A stretch of DNA of 64,000 nt from Rebecca billardiae RCC1528 (taxonomy: Eukaryota; Protista; Haptophyta), in contig OZ251250.1 of the NCBI GenBank assembly GCA_965240325.2, positions 558,001-622,000 of the forward strand. The letters are read 5' to 3'. Numbering within the stretch: the first letter of the stretch is position 1; every line of letters starts with the position of its first letter. The notes beneath the pieces were generated by a model. The model worked only from the letters and a program-made list of their open reading frames with translations, ran no database searches and was not told the origin of the DNA. This document shows, one piece after another, positions 12,881 to 24,221 of the stretch. Both the position numbers and the translations under genes were made by a program.

Positions 12881-15800
12881 GCGGCGGTGACGGTGGCGAC
12901 GGTGGCGGTGGCGGCGGCGGCGGGCGGAGGGGCGCAGCGGGCGAGGCGGCGGGCGCGCAGCCGACGGGTGCGCCGTCCTCCTCCGCCGCGTCGCCCGCCG
13001 CCGACGCCGCCGCCGACGCCGCCGCCGCGCTGCTGGCGGAGGCCGACGGCCTCAAGGCGCGAGGCAACGGCGAGATACAATCTGGCGAGCCGACGGCGGC
13101 GGCGCAGACATACGCGCGCGCGCTGCAGCTTGTCGCCCAGGCCGAGGCGGCGGTAGGCGCCGGCCCCGCCTCCGCGAGCGGTGAGCCTGCCGCCGAGCCG
13201 CCGGCCGCCGCCGCCGCGCCCACCGTCGCCGCCGCGCGCGAGCTGCGGCTGGCCCTCCACCTGAACCGCGCGGCTGCGGCACTTTCTGCGAACCTTCCGG
13301 CGGAGGCGGTCGCGGCGGCGACGGAGGCGCTCCGCCTCGAGCCCACCGCGCAGAAGGGCTTGTACCGGCGCGCGCAGGCGCATGCGGCGCTCGGCCAGCG
13401 CGAGATTGCAATCTCCGACCTCGAGGCGCTACTGGGCCGCTACCCGGACAACGGCCCGGCGGAGGCGCTGCTCGCGCAGCTTCGGATTGAAGCGCACGCG
13501 GAGATGCAAGCCACGGCGCAGCGGGCGAGATTGCAATCTCCGCCCATCGCCACGGCGCAGCGGGCGAGCGCCGCCGCGGCGGAGGCGCCGCCGAGGCCGG
13601 CGCCGAAGCCCGCGGACGCGATGGGCGCGGACGCGCGCGCGCCGCGCGAGCGTGCGCCGCAGGGGGCGGTGATGGCCGCCGCGGGCGGCGGCGGCGGCGG
13701 CGGCTTTAGCGCCGGGCTCGCGGCGGCGGCGGCCGGCGGCGCGGCGGGAGCGAGCGTGCCCGGAGCAGCGGCGGGAGGGGCGCTCGCTGCCGGCGGCGCC
13801 GCGGCCGCGGGGTCAGCGGCGGCCGCGGCCGCCGCCGCCACGCAGCCGGCGGCTGCGGCCGCCGCGTCGGCCGCGCGCGACGGTGCGGGCGCGCCGCGCC
13901 CAGATGCGGACACGCTGGCCGAGCGCGCGGCGGAGGCGAAGGCGGTAAGCAGCTGTGGCCGCGCCGCGCGCCGCGCGCGCGCGGGGGCTGCGCCGCGCCG
14001 CGCGCGCACGCGCGCGGGCGTTGCTCACTCGCGCCCGTGCCCGCCCCGCCGCGCGCCGCGCCGCGCGCGCATCGGCGCCCGCCCGCCACGCCGCGCCGCG
14101 CCCCTCCGCCGGGGTCTGGTAGGCAGCCACGGCAGCCTTCAGGCGCGGGGCGCACGGAGCAGCCCTCGAGCGCTACGCGGCCGCCGCCTCGCTCGTAAGC
14201 GAGGCGGCGGACGCGCGCGCCGCCGACGGCGACAAGCAGGCTGCCCTGGCTCTCCGCGCGCAGGTGCGTGCGCCCGAGCGGGCGCGCCTTCGCGCGCCTT
14301 TTCGCGCGGCGCGCACGCCTGCGCACGCCTGCGCGACGGCGCGCGCCGGCCTGTGCTGCTCCGCCGTTGTCGTTTGCCTCGTGCTCTGCGGTCGCGCCGT
14401 TCACGCGCGCGCGCCGGCGCTACCTCTGAGCCACCCCTCGCCACCGCCCCACGCCCACGCCCCGCGCCCAACCCCAACCCTAACCCCAACCCTAACCCGC
14501 GCCGCCGCAGCTCGGGGCCCTCCACACCAACGCCGCCACGTGCGCGCTCGCCACCAAGGCGCACGCCGAGGCGGCGCGCCACGCGGACGAGGCGCTGCGG
14601 GCGGAGCCTGGGAGCGCAAAGGCGCTGCTGCGCAGGGCGCACGGTACGCGCGACACACCGCGCACGCGCGCGCGCGCGCCGTGCCGCGCACGCGCACGCG
14701 CCGCCCATACCCACCGCTACGCCTCACGCGCCCGCCCGCGCCGCCGCCGCCGCGTTGCGCCCGCCGCAGCGCGCACCGGACTCGGCGAGCTGTCCGGGGC
14801 GCGGGCGGACCTGGAGGCGATCCTCGCGGCGGAGCCGGGGCACGCGCAGGCGACAAAGCAGCTGCAGGCCGTCACGGCGCTGCAGCGAAAGAAGGCGGCG
14901 GCGGAGGAGGCGGGCGCGGAGGCGGCCGAGCCGTCGGCCGCGGCAGACGCGGAGGCGGGTGCCGCGGCGCCCGATGCGGCGGCGGCGGCGGCCCGCGAGG
15001 CTTCCGACGCGCGCGGCAGCGGCGCAGGCGCGGGGCCTAGCACTCCCCCGGCCGCCGCGCTCGTCGCGCCGCCGAGCAGCGACGGCGCCGCCGCGGCCGA
15101 CGCCGCGGCCGCGCACAGCCAAGCCGCGCGCCGCATGGCGCTGGCCGCGCCGGCCACCCCGGCCGAGGCGGCCGCGGCCGTGATGGCGGAGGAGGGCGAG
15201 AGCGTCGACGCTGCGCCCTTGCCGCGCGCGGGCACGCCGCGCGCGTCGGCCGCCGCCACCGCGGCTGAGTCCGCCACGGCACCCGCCGCACCCGCCGCAC
15301 CCACCACCCAGCCAGCTTCCGCCGACGCGGCGGGCGCCGCAGCAGCCGCGGACGCGGACGCGGCTGCACGCCGCGCCGCTGCGAGCCCACCACCGCCGCT
15401 GCCCGCCGTGCCGGCGGGCCCGCAGGGCGCCACGGCCCTCAAGCAGCACGGTGCGCCAGCCGCGCGCCGCCACATCCGTCCGGCCCGCGCCGCCCCACAA
15501 CCACGCGCACGGCGTGCCCCGCCGCCCGCGCGCCGCGCCGCCGCCGCGCGCCGCGCCGCCGCCGCTCACCCGTGCCAATCCCTGCGCGCGCTCCACCCCC
15601 TCGGCTGCCGCGCATGCCGGCCGCTTCGACCGCCGTCCGGAATGGACTCTTCTGGAACGGCGGGCGCCGCAGGTAACCAACTGTACGCGGCCGGCGACTT
15701 TGCCGGCGCCCTCGCCGCGTTCGAGGGCGCGCTCGGCGCGCTCGGCGACGATGCGGCGGCGGCGGCGGCGGCGGCGGGCGGCGGCGGCGCGCCGCCACAC

Positions 15801-17534
15801 GACCCCGCCATCGCCCTCGCCACTTCGCTGCACCTCAACGCCGCCGCGGCGCACCTCGCGCTGCGCGCGCCGAGCGCGGCCGAGGCGGCGTGCGACCGCG
15901 CGCTCGAGCTCAGCCCGCGCTCGGCCAAGGCCCTCGTCCGGCGCTCGCACGCGCGCGCGGCGCTCGGCGACAGCGCGGGCGCGCGCTCGGACGCGGAGGC
16001 GGCGCTGGCGGTCGAGCCGAGCTCCGGCGCGGCGAGGGCGGCGCTCGACGCGGTGACGGGCGGAGGAGGCGGTGGGCGTGGCGACGGCGCCGGCAGCGCT
16101 GGCGCCGGCGCCGGCGCCGACGCCGCTGCCACCGGCGGCACCGCCGCGCCGCGCGCTGCGGCCGACGCCGGCGCGACGCCCGCAGGCGCGGCGCCGCCGG
16201 CGGCATCGACGCTCCGCGCGCGCATGGCGCCCACGCCCGACGTGGCCGGCACGCGCTTCGCGCGGCGGCAGCCGGGCGAGGATGGCGGCGAGGATGGCGG
16301 CGACGCCGCCTCTGTTCAGTCGGAGGCGGCGGCCGCCGCCGCCGAGCCGGCGGCCGGCCCCGAGGGCGATGGCGGCAGCGCGGCTGGCTCGCTGCTCGAG
16401 CCGGCGCTCAGCTCATCCGCCGAGGCGGCGGCGGAGGCGGAGGCCGACGCCGTAATGGCGGCCGCCGCCGCCGCCGCCGCGGACGAGGGCGGCGCGGAGG
16501 GGATGGCGGCGGTGGCGGCCGAGGCGGAGGCGGCAGCCGCGCTCGCGGCCATGACGGCCGCCGCTGCCGCGCAGCAGCAGGGCTCGGGGCAGGCGGAGGC
16601 GACGGCGGCAGCAATGGACGCCGCGCGCCGCGCCGCTGAGGACGCGCCTGCGGTCGCGTCCGCGGCGGTGGCGGCGCCGCCGTCCGCCGCCTCCGCTGCC
16701 GATCCGATGCGTGTCGCCGCGGACCCGCGCGGCGGCGGCGCTGCCGCCGCGGAGGCCGGCGTCAACGAGTCGTCAGCAGCAGCGGGGGTTTCCGTCGCCG
16801 CCGCCGCCGCCACGGCCGCCGGCTCTGCAGAGCGGGCTGCAGCACTGCGCATGCTGGCTGGCACCGAGGCAGGCGGCGCCGACGCGGCCGGTGCCGCAGG
16901 CGCGGCGGAGGGCACGGCCGCCGGCTCGGCTGAGCGGCCTGCGCCCGCCCTGGCGACCGAGGCAGGTGGCGCCGACGCGGCCCCTGCTGGCGCAGCAGCC
17001 GCAGCTAAGGGCGAGGGCAGTGCGGCGCGTGCCGACGGCGCCCGGCGCGGCGCGGCGGCGACGGCCGGCCCACCGGCGGCGGGCTCGAGCGGCTCGGACG
17101 CTGCTGAGCCGGCGGCGGCGGCGGCGGGCGGTGGTGACGGCAGGAGCGCGGCGGTGGAGCGCGCGGCCGCCGCCGCCGACGCCAACGCGACGGCGAGGCC
17201 GTCCCAGACAGCTGCCAACGCGACTGCCGGTGCCGCGGACGGCGGCGGGCGCGGCGGCGACGAGGAGCTGGCCGAGGGCACGCCCACGCCAAGCCCTGCC
17301 CTACCCTACCCTACCACCACCCCGCCCGCTGGGCCGGCCGGAGCGACGAGGCCGGCAGGCACGCCCGGCCGCGCCGCGGCCGCGTCGGTGGGCGATTCGG
17401 CACCGACCGGGGCCGACTCGGCGCGGCGGCGGCGCAGCGGCGCGGCAGGCGGGCCCGACGCGCGCCGCGGCACGCCGACGCCGGCCGGTGCTGCAAGTGG
17501 AGACGACAGCGAGGGCGCGACGACTGCTGGCTGA
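10783..17534 (+). CDS. SAM-like domain + transmembrane helices + four TPR modules (co-chaperone-type TPR protein), about 1990 aa, 5 exons
   Basis: Exons 10783-13944, 14123-14263, 14511-14643, 14770-15450, 15673-17534 keep frame. TPR signatures 'KDAGVALY...LHLNAARAAL...KGLYRRAQAH' and 'KARGN...LHLNRAAAAL', plus two more. SAM-like 'LEAYLPQLRAQGVESLADLLVIPDDEL...VGMSRFEAPRL'. Hydrophobic stretches at about 11660-11960. Confidence 0.85.
14470..14498 (+). repeat. Interstitial telomere-like (CCCTAA/CCCCAA)n in an intron
   Basis: AACCCCAACCCTAACCCCAACCCTAACCC. Confidence 0.7.
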
Positions 17535-17719
17535 TGAGCTGCATGGTAGCCGACTGCTCGTCACTGATGCTATATACATCATCACTCGTCGCGGGTAGTC
17601 AGACCGATGCGAGCCTGCTGCTGACTAGTGCACGCCCAACGCCCCTGTCATCAGCGCTGCGCCTGCGTATGTGCGAGCCGGCCACCGCGCCGCGCCGCCC
17701 TGGCCCTGCGCGGCCGCGC

Positions 17720-17855
17720 GCTTCTTGCGCAGCGCCGCCGGCAGGCACACCTTGCGCAGATCATGCAGCGCCGAGGTCTGCATGAACGAGTCCAGCCCCT
17801 CGAGCACGCGCATGTGGCACAGCCCCACCTCGCGGATCATCTCGAGCTTGGCGTC
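17720..17855 (-). pseudogene. Orphan terminal exon resembling the C-terminus of a replication factor C small subunit (RFC2/Rfc4 type)
   Basis: After an intron-like GCGCAG acceptor: DAKLEMIREVGLCHMRVLEGLDSFMQ, compared with RFC2 '[25 protein letters not shown]'. No upstream RFC exons are present in the window. Confidence 0.65.
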
Positions 17856-18001
17856 CTGCGCGCGGGCGGGCGGGCGGGCGCGCGCGGTGCCGGGCGGCGG
17901 CGGCGCGGACGTGAGCGTCCGGCGGCGGCAGGCTGGCGCACAGGACAACGCGTACGCGCACTATGCAGCGCCCGCCACCCACCTCCAGGCGACACGGGTG
18001 C

Positions 18002-19585
18002 TCAGTGGAGCGTGCCTGCGAGGGGCGGCAGCTGTGTCACGCGCTGGAGCGGCGCCGGCAGTGCCTCGGGCGACATGGGGATCGTCCAGCCTCCGATCTC
18101 GAGCGGCGGCGGCTGCGTCAGGACTGCGTCGTTGACCGTCAGGCCGATCCCAAGCCCGGCCGACTGCCGGCCACACGCGTACGTAGCGCCATCCGCAGTC
18201 ACGAACAGGCCGTGGCTGTCACCGATCGCGCAATCGAGCACGCGCGCATCTGCGAGACCAGCGACCCGCCAGGGAATGGACCATTCGGTGTGGGCGGCAG
18301 ACCCAAGCTGGCCGTTCTTGTTGCTGCCGAACGTGTGCACGCTGCCGTCCGCGCCCAGCACCGCGCTGCAGGCCCAGCAGCAGCTGGCGCGCACGGCGTG
18401 CACGTCTGCGAGCGCCTCGATGCGCTTGGGCGTCAGCTGGGTGTGCCACTCCGCCGAGAGGTCAATCACCCGGGCGTGTGCATGCCGTCCGCCGTGGCCG
18501 AGCTGGCCGTCCGTCCCGCGCCCGAACGAGTGCACGCCTCCCTCCGCGTCCACGACCAGGTTGTGCGAGTAGCCCGCGCTCACGTGCACAGCGCGCACGC
18601 CCACGAGCGCCTCGATGCGCTTGGGTGTGTGCTCAAACTGCTTGTCGGCGTGGCCGAGTGTGCATGCATCGCCACACGAGTACACGGCACCCGCAGTCGA
18701 CAGCAGCAGCGTGTGCGCGACGCCTGTGGCCACGCCACCCACGCGCACACGATCTAGCGCCTCGATGCGCGTCGGCTCCCACCGCCACTTCGTGTCGCCG
18801 TGGCCAAGCTGGCCGTAGCAGTTGTCGCCCCAGCTGTACGCACAGCCAGCTGCAGTGAGCGCGAGGCTGTGGAACCCACCTGCCGAGACGCCCACGACGG
18901 GCATGCCCTGCATGGCGTCGACGCGAGTAAACGAGTGCCGCCTCTTCATGTCCCCGAGCCCCAGCTTGCCGCACTGGTTGTCGCCGCACGCGTACACGGC
19001 ACCGCAGTCGCTCAGCGCGAGCACGTACTCACCGCCGGCCGCCACCGCGACCACGCGCACCGCACTGAGCGAGGCGACACGCGCTGGCACGCGCAGCGCG
19101 CGGACGACGCCGTGGCCCATCGCGACGTGCGCACGGGGCTCGTCCGGCACTTCGCCGTGCTCGTCCAGCTCATCAAACCCCTCGCCGCACGTGTGCAGCC
19201 AGCCCTCCGCGTCCACAAACGCGCTGTGGCAAGAGTGCCCCATCCCAACGGCCACGGCGCTCCGGTGAGCGCGCGCGAGCTCGAGCACGTGCTCGCGATC
19301 AAAGAGCTCCTCAGTCCACGAGCGCACGTCGGCGGGCAGCGACGGCGGCAGCGCGCAATCATGCCCACGCGCGAGCACGCGCGCGCGCAGCGCGTGCTCG
19401 ACCGGCGAGCGCTCACCTGGCACGCCGCGGAAGAGGCGCGCCGTGGCGTTGGCGGCAGCGAGGTCACGCGCGTGGTGGAGGTGGAGCAGCACGCGCGAGA
19501 TCAGCTCGGGCGGCACGTCGGCCAGCCGCAGCGCCCACGGGTGCGTCGCGCCGTGCTCGTTCGCCGCTGCTCCGGTACCAGACAT
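18002..19585 (-). CDS. F-box-like + RCC1 repeat protein, intronless, 527 aa
   Basis: N-terminal 'LADVPPELISRVLLHL...RDLAAANATARLFR' is F-box-like. About 7 RCC1 repeats follow, e.g. 'VSAGGFHSLALTAAGCAYSWGDNCYGQLGHG'. Confidence 0.9.
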   Translation of the reverse strand: MSGTGAAANEHGATHPWALRLADVPPELISRVLLHLHHARDLAAANATARLFRGVPGERSPVEHALRARVLARGHDCALPPSLPADVRSWTEELFDREHVLELARAHRSAVAVGMGHSCHSAFVDAEGWLHTCGEGFDELDEHGEVPDEPRAHVAMGHGVVRALRVPARVASLSAVRVVAVAAGGEYVLALSDCGAVYACGDNQCGKLGLGDMKRRHSFTRVDAMQGMPVVGVSAGGFHSLALTAAGCAYSWGDNCYGQLGHGDTKWRWEPTRIEALDRVRVGGVATGVAHTLLLSTAGAVYSCGDACTLGHADKQFEHTPKRIEALVGVRAVHVSAGYSHNLVVDAEGGVHSFGRGTDGQLGHGGRHAHARVIDLSAEWHTQLTPKRIEALADVHAVRASCCWACSAVLGADGSVHTFGSNKNGQLGSAAHTEWSIPWRVAGLADARVLDCAIGDSHGLFVTADGATYACGRQSAGLGIGLTVNDAVLTQPPPLEIGGWTIPMSPEALPAPLQRVTQLPPLAGTLH

Positions 19586-19672
19586 ACTACTATCGCGCGG
19601 GCGGCCAACGGACGACAGCGCTCGCGCAGCAAAGCGACTACAGCAGGGGCAAGGGCCGGCCCTTGGCAGGGG

Positions 19673-20779
19673 CAAGGGAGTCAAGGGTGCCCGCGCCCCA
19701 GTGGCGCGCTCGGCGGATGTGAGGATACACCTTTTTGCCCGCGGCCTGCGGCGGGCGGCGGCGAGGGCGTGCTCCGCTGGCGGGGCGAGCGCACGGGGCA
19801 CGGCGCTGCGGGCGCGGATGTGCCCGCGAAGCCGGCGCGTGCAGACGGGCTGTTGCGGGAGAGTATTCGGCGCCCTCCTGCGCCGCGCGACTTGCGCCAC
19901 GCCTCTTTCGCCTCGGCTCAGAGCAGCGCGCACGCACGCGCCGCCTCAAGGCCAGCCTTGCCGCGCCGCAGCCGGCCGCGCGCGCGCCGTGCGCGGCGCG
20001 GTCGGGAAGGAACGGGCGCTGCTGCCGGGCGAGATGGCAAAGGCATATGCGCACGCCATGCCGCCCCGCGGCGCCGCGAAAGAGCACGAGAACGGATCCG
20101 CACAGCTGTTGACGAGTGCTGATCACTTGTCGTGCACGAAGCCAGACCTGAGCTCGCAGAAGATGATGAAAGAGCATCAGCGCGAGGAAAGCGTCGCACC
20201 CAGCACTTCTACATGAACACGCGGTGATGAACATGCATGTAAGAGTAGCCCGCGTGCCCGTCTGGCACTGTTCTGTGTCTCAATGATCGTCCCGACAAGG
20301 GTCACGACCGCGCAGCCGTGCACACCATTTGACAAGTCGAAGAGGCATGCAAACAGACCGACGACACGCTCATCAAGGCGCCGCGGGGCGGCATGGCGTG
20401 CGCATATGCCTTTGCCATCTCGCCCGGCAGCAGCGCCCGTTCCTTCCCGACCGCGCCGCGCACGGCGCGCGCGCGGCCGGCTGCGGCGCGGCAAGGCTGG
20501 CCTTGAGGCGGCGCGTGCGTGCGCGCTGCTCTGAGCCGAGGCGAAAGAGGCGTGGCGCAAGTCGCGCGGCGCAGGAGGGCGCCGAATACTCTCCCGCAAC
20601 AGCCCGTCTGCACGCGCCGGCTTCGCGGGCACATCCGCGCCCGCAGCGCCGTGCCCCGTGCGCTCGCCCCGCCAGCGGAGCACGCCCTCGCCGCCGCCCG
20701 CCGCAGGCCGCGGGCAAAAAGGTGTATCCTCACATCCGCCGAGCGCGCCACTGGGGCGCGGGCACCCTTGACTCCCTTG
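19673..20779. mobile_element. Non-autonomous foldback TIR element E1 (~403-bp arms, ~300-bp spacer, 7-bp TSD GCAGGGG)
   Basis: 19673-20075 is the reverse complement of 20377-20779, with no mismatch noticed. Termini are CAAGGG...CCCTTG. GCAGGGG lies at 19666-19672 and 20780-20786. Confidence 0.92.
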
Positions 20780-20795
20780 GCAGGGGACTCCCCTT

Positions 20796-21818
20796 GGGAG
20801 GTGTCACCAAACCGAGCTCAGAATGAGGAGTGTACCGAGCTAAGCGGATGTACCATGGTACACTTTGGTACACAATTGGTACACTATTGGTACACTATTG
20901 GTACATGTAAAGATGTACCAAGTGTACCAATAGTGTACCAATAGTGTACCAAAGTGTACCAACGCATCCTGACAATGTACCAAATGTCATTGGGTGTACC
21001 ATGGTACATTTTGGTACATCCACATGCACATGTTGGTACATTACCTGATGTACCAACTCCTCCCAAATGTACCAACTCGTCCGAAGAATGTACCAATGTG
21101 TCCCAACGATGTACCAAATGTACCATACCATGTGTACCAACCGTCCCCCAATGTACCATCAATGTACCAACTTTTCATGAATGTACCAATAGTGTACCAT
21201 CGTCGGCGATTCAGAGCTGGTACACTTTCCTGGGTGTACCTGGTACACCCAGAATCCCTGGTACATCGGGGGGTCTAACCCTAACCCTAACCTAGGACGA
21301 GTTGGTACACTGTTGGTACACCCTGGACCAAGTTGGTACATTCCGCGGAAATTTGGTACACTTGGTACATTTATTTCAGGACGAGTTGGTACATTTTTTG
21401 GTACACCCTGGGACAAGTTGGTACACTTTGGGGAGCAGTTGGTACATTCAGGGAGGAGTTGGTACACTTGGTACACTTTTGTGTGCAAACTGGTACATGG
21501 TTGGTCGTACACGTTGGTACACTCATGAAATGTACCAAAGTGTACCATTTATGTACCAAAGTGTACATGGTACACCCAATGACATTTATATTGGTACATT
21601 GTCAGGATGATGCGTTGGTACACTTTGGTACAATATTGGTACACTATTGGTACACTATTGGTATACACTATTGGTACACTTGGTACATCTTTACATGTAC
21701 CAATAGTGTACCAATAGTGTACCAATTATGTACCAAAGTGTACCATGGTACATCCGCTTACAGCTCGGTACACTCCGGTTCTGAGCTCGGTTTGGTCGAT
21801 CTACCCAAGGATCTACCC
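20796..21818. mobile_element. Mutator/foldback-like element E2 built of TGTACCA/TGGTACA motif arrays, 10-bp TSD GACTCCCCTT
   Basis: Imperfect inverted arms ACCAAACCGAGCTCAGAA...TTCTGAGCTCGGTTTGGT with GGG...CCC ends. The direct repeat GACTCCCCTT lies at 20786-20795 and 21819-21828. Dozens of GTAC-cored heptamers, and CTAACCCTAACCCTAACC near the centre (~21275-21292). Confidence 0.85.
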
Positions 21819-21833
21819 GACTCCCCTTGACTC

Positions 21834-24221
21834 CAGCGGAGTCCGGCGCCGGAGCCCGGAGCTTGTCAGACAAACCCACGGTGGGGCCGCAAAAGTCCGG
21901 AAGGCACAGACGGCTCCCGGAACACACACCTGCCTAAGGAAGGTGTGTGTTCCGGGAGTAGCTGAATAGGCGTGGCGCGTGCGCGGGCGGCGCCGGACGC
22001 CCAGCCGCAAACGGCGGATGGCGTTCACTGGCGACGCGAGGCGGCGATGGCCCGCCTGCGCAACGCGCCCAAGGCCGCATACGAGCTTGACAGGCGTGCG
22101 CGGGCGCCTCGTGGTGGCGAGAAGACCCGATGGCAGCAATCGCGCCGCCTTGTCCCACGCCCTCGCCGCCCGATTTGCGCGCAGAGACCTGCTGACTGGG
22201 ACGCGCGGCTCCTCAGCCAGTGCGGCCTGGCCGACAAGCAATGACCGGGACCGGCGTGGAGGTATTCAACGGTCGTTTTTTCGCTTCTCTGCGTGAGCCT
22301 GAGAGTGATGAACATCACTACTGCGCCTTGAGCCATGCTGGTGTCGGTCAGGCCGCACGCACGCGCGTGACAGCCAGCAACCGGTTTAGTCATTACAGCC
22401 CTGGCGTGTCGGTCGGCGCCGCCGGCACGCCGCGTCGCACAGTTCGGGGACGTGTACGCATCCGGAGCTTCGATCAACTTCTGAACTAGCACGTCCGTTG
22501 CGTCTCCTGATACCTTGCGGTCTGCTTCGTCGCTCACTGTGTCTCGACCTCTCTGTGACTACCGCGCCCAGCCGGCGGAGCCGATGGCGGGCCCCGAGCC
22601 TGACCGGGCCATCTTCGTGCAGCAGTGGACACCTTCCTGCTCCACATCAGACCACACCACGCCATCAGCGGGGATGTGCACGAGCCTGCAGATGATCGCT
22701 CACATGTCGAGCGCACTGTCTACGCAGCAGGTGCCCGAGAACGTGCCATGCGGTAACATGTGCATTTGAGCTGTTCGAACAATATGCTCAACAAGCAACA
22801 AAACCGCTCATCTCCGCTGAGTATGCGCGGGCATCGTCGCGCGCGGGGGCTCGTCGATGCGCCAACACCTAGGCCCATCGGGCAGAGGCCGTGGCTCATC
22901 TTAATTGGGCCTCTGGCACACGCGCGCGCGCGCTCTCGCGTGGCGGGCCGCCTCCTGGACGCGTCGCGCGGAAAGTAGCCGGGCCCTGCGCGCGGCGAGG
23001 GCGGCGAGGGCGGGCGGGAGCGCGCGCGATTGAGCCCCATAGGTGTCTTGAGCCGCGCCGACCTCGCGCGCGCACCCGCAGCGGCCGTGGGTGCGCGTCC
23101 GAGCGCGCCGCGTGAGGTCGCCATCGTGCCGTGCGCGCGCGGGGCCGCCCAGCGTGGGTTTGTCTGACAAGCCCGGAGGTTCACTCCCAGATTTTTGCAG
23201 CGGAGCGGCCGCGCGGGGCCACCGCCGCTGTGGCGGGCCGCTCGGGGCGTGCACGGCGTGGGCTCGTGCGGCCGCTGCTGCGCACGCCGAGCGATTTAGC
23301 GCGGTCTCGCGGCTTGTCGATGGCCTCGCGCGCCGCAGCGCGCCGCGCGCCTTGCCTAGCTTCGCCTGTCTCGCGCCTCGGCCGCCGTGCACGCATGTGC
23401 CGCCAAACCGCAAGCTCGGCATACCTCTCAGCCTAGCGTGCACGTGCCTTGCGCGACGCGACGCGGGCATTGCCGCCGGGCGATGTAGGCGTAGTGTGAG
23501 CGCGCGCCGTGAAGCCTCGGCGCGGATCGAGAGTGTCTTCAACGTCTCGGTCAGCTGTCGACAACTGCTGACAGTACCAACCACCAATGGACATCACGGG
23601 CCTCCGTGAACGAAGGGCTATCGCGACGCAGCAACTCGTGAAGACTAGTCGAGCGTTGTAGTCATGAAGACATACGCCACTATGACGTGCGGGCGGGCCT
23701 TGCGTGACGATGCGACGTGACGATCGCCCCTGCAAGAGAGTCAGTCGTCAAGCTTTCTGCACTGCTCAACGCACAGACGGTCCACGCGCGCACGCGGCAT
23801 CGTCTCATTGCTCACGATCCGCGCCGAGGCTTCACGGCGCGCGCTCGCACTACGGCTACATCGCCCGGCGGCAATGCCCGCGTCGCGTCGCGCAAGGCAC
23901 GTGCACGCTCGGCTGAGAGGTATGCCGAGCTTGCGGTTTGGCGGCGCACGCGTGCACGGCGGCCAAGGCGCGAGACAGGCGAAGCTAGGCAAGGCGCGCG
24001 GCGCGCTGCGGCGCGCGAGGCCATCGATAAGCCGCGAGCCCGCGCCGGATCGCTCGGCGTGCGCGGCAGCGGCCGCACGAGCCCACGCCGTGCACGCCCC
24101 GAGCGGCCCGCCACAGCGGCGGCGGCCCCGCGCGCCGCGCCGCTGCAAAAACTCGGAGGTGAAGTTCCGGCGCCGGAGTGCTTCCGGACGCCACTGGAGT
24201 CGGCGACCCTGACCACCCTTG
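21834..24221. mobile_element. Foldback TIR element E3 (~350-bp arms at 23179-23530 and 23815-24165), left end split by E4; candidate 8-bp TSD CTTGACTC
   Basis: The arms are clear reverse complements with scattered mismatches. The right terminus read inward, CAAGGGTGGTCAGGGTCGCCGACTCCAGTGG, resembles the E1 terminus. CTTGACTC lies at 21826-21833 and 24222-24229. Confidence 0.75.
21862..23171. mobile_element. Nested TIR element E4 (19-bp TIR CTTGTCAGACAAACCCACG, 7-bp TSD CCCGGAG)
   Basis: TIRs at 21862-21880 and 23153-23171. CCCGGAG at 21855-21861 and 23172-23178. Internal 18-bp-stem hairpin at 21914-21958. No recognisable transposase. Confidence 0.85.

Noticed and set aside
14470-14498. True chromosome end
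   Set aside because: Only a few degenerate units, inside an intron and flanked by continuing exons.
20796-21818. CRISPR array, or small Tyr/Trp/Val-rich proteins
   Set aside because: The repeats are 7-mers with irregular short spacers and flipping orientation, there are no cas genes, and the context is eukaryotic. The ORFs are translations of the motif.
21862-23171. Transposase inside E4 (likewise within 40508-42227)
   Set aside because: Only short stop-interrupted frames, with no recognisable catalytic motifs.
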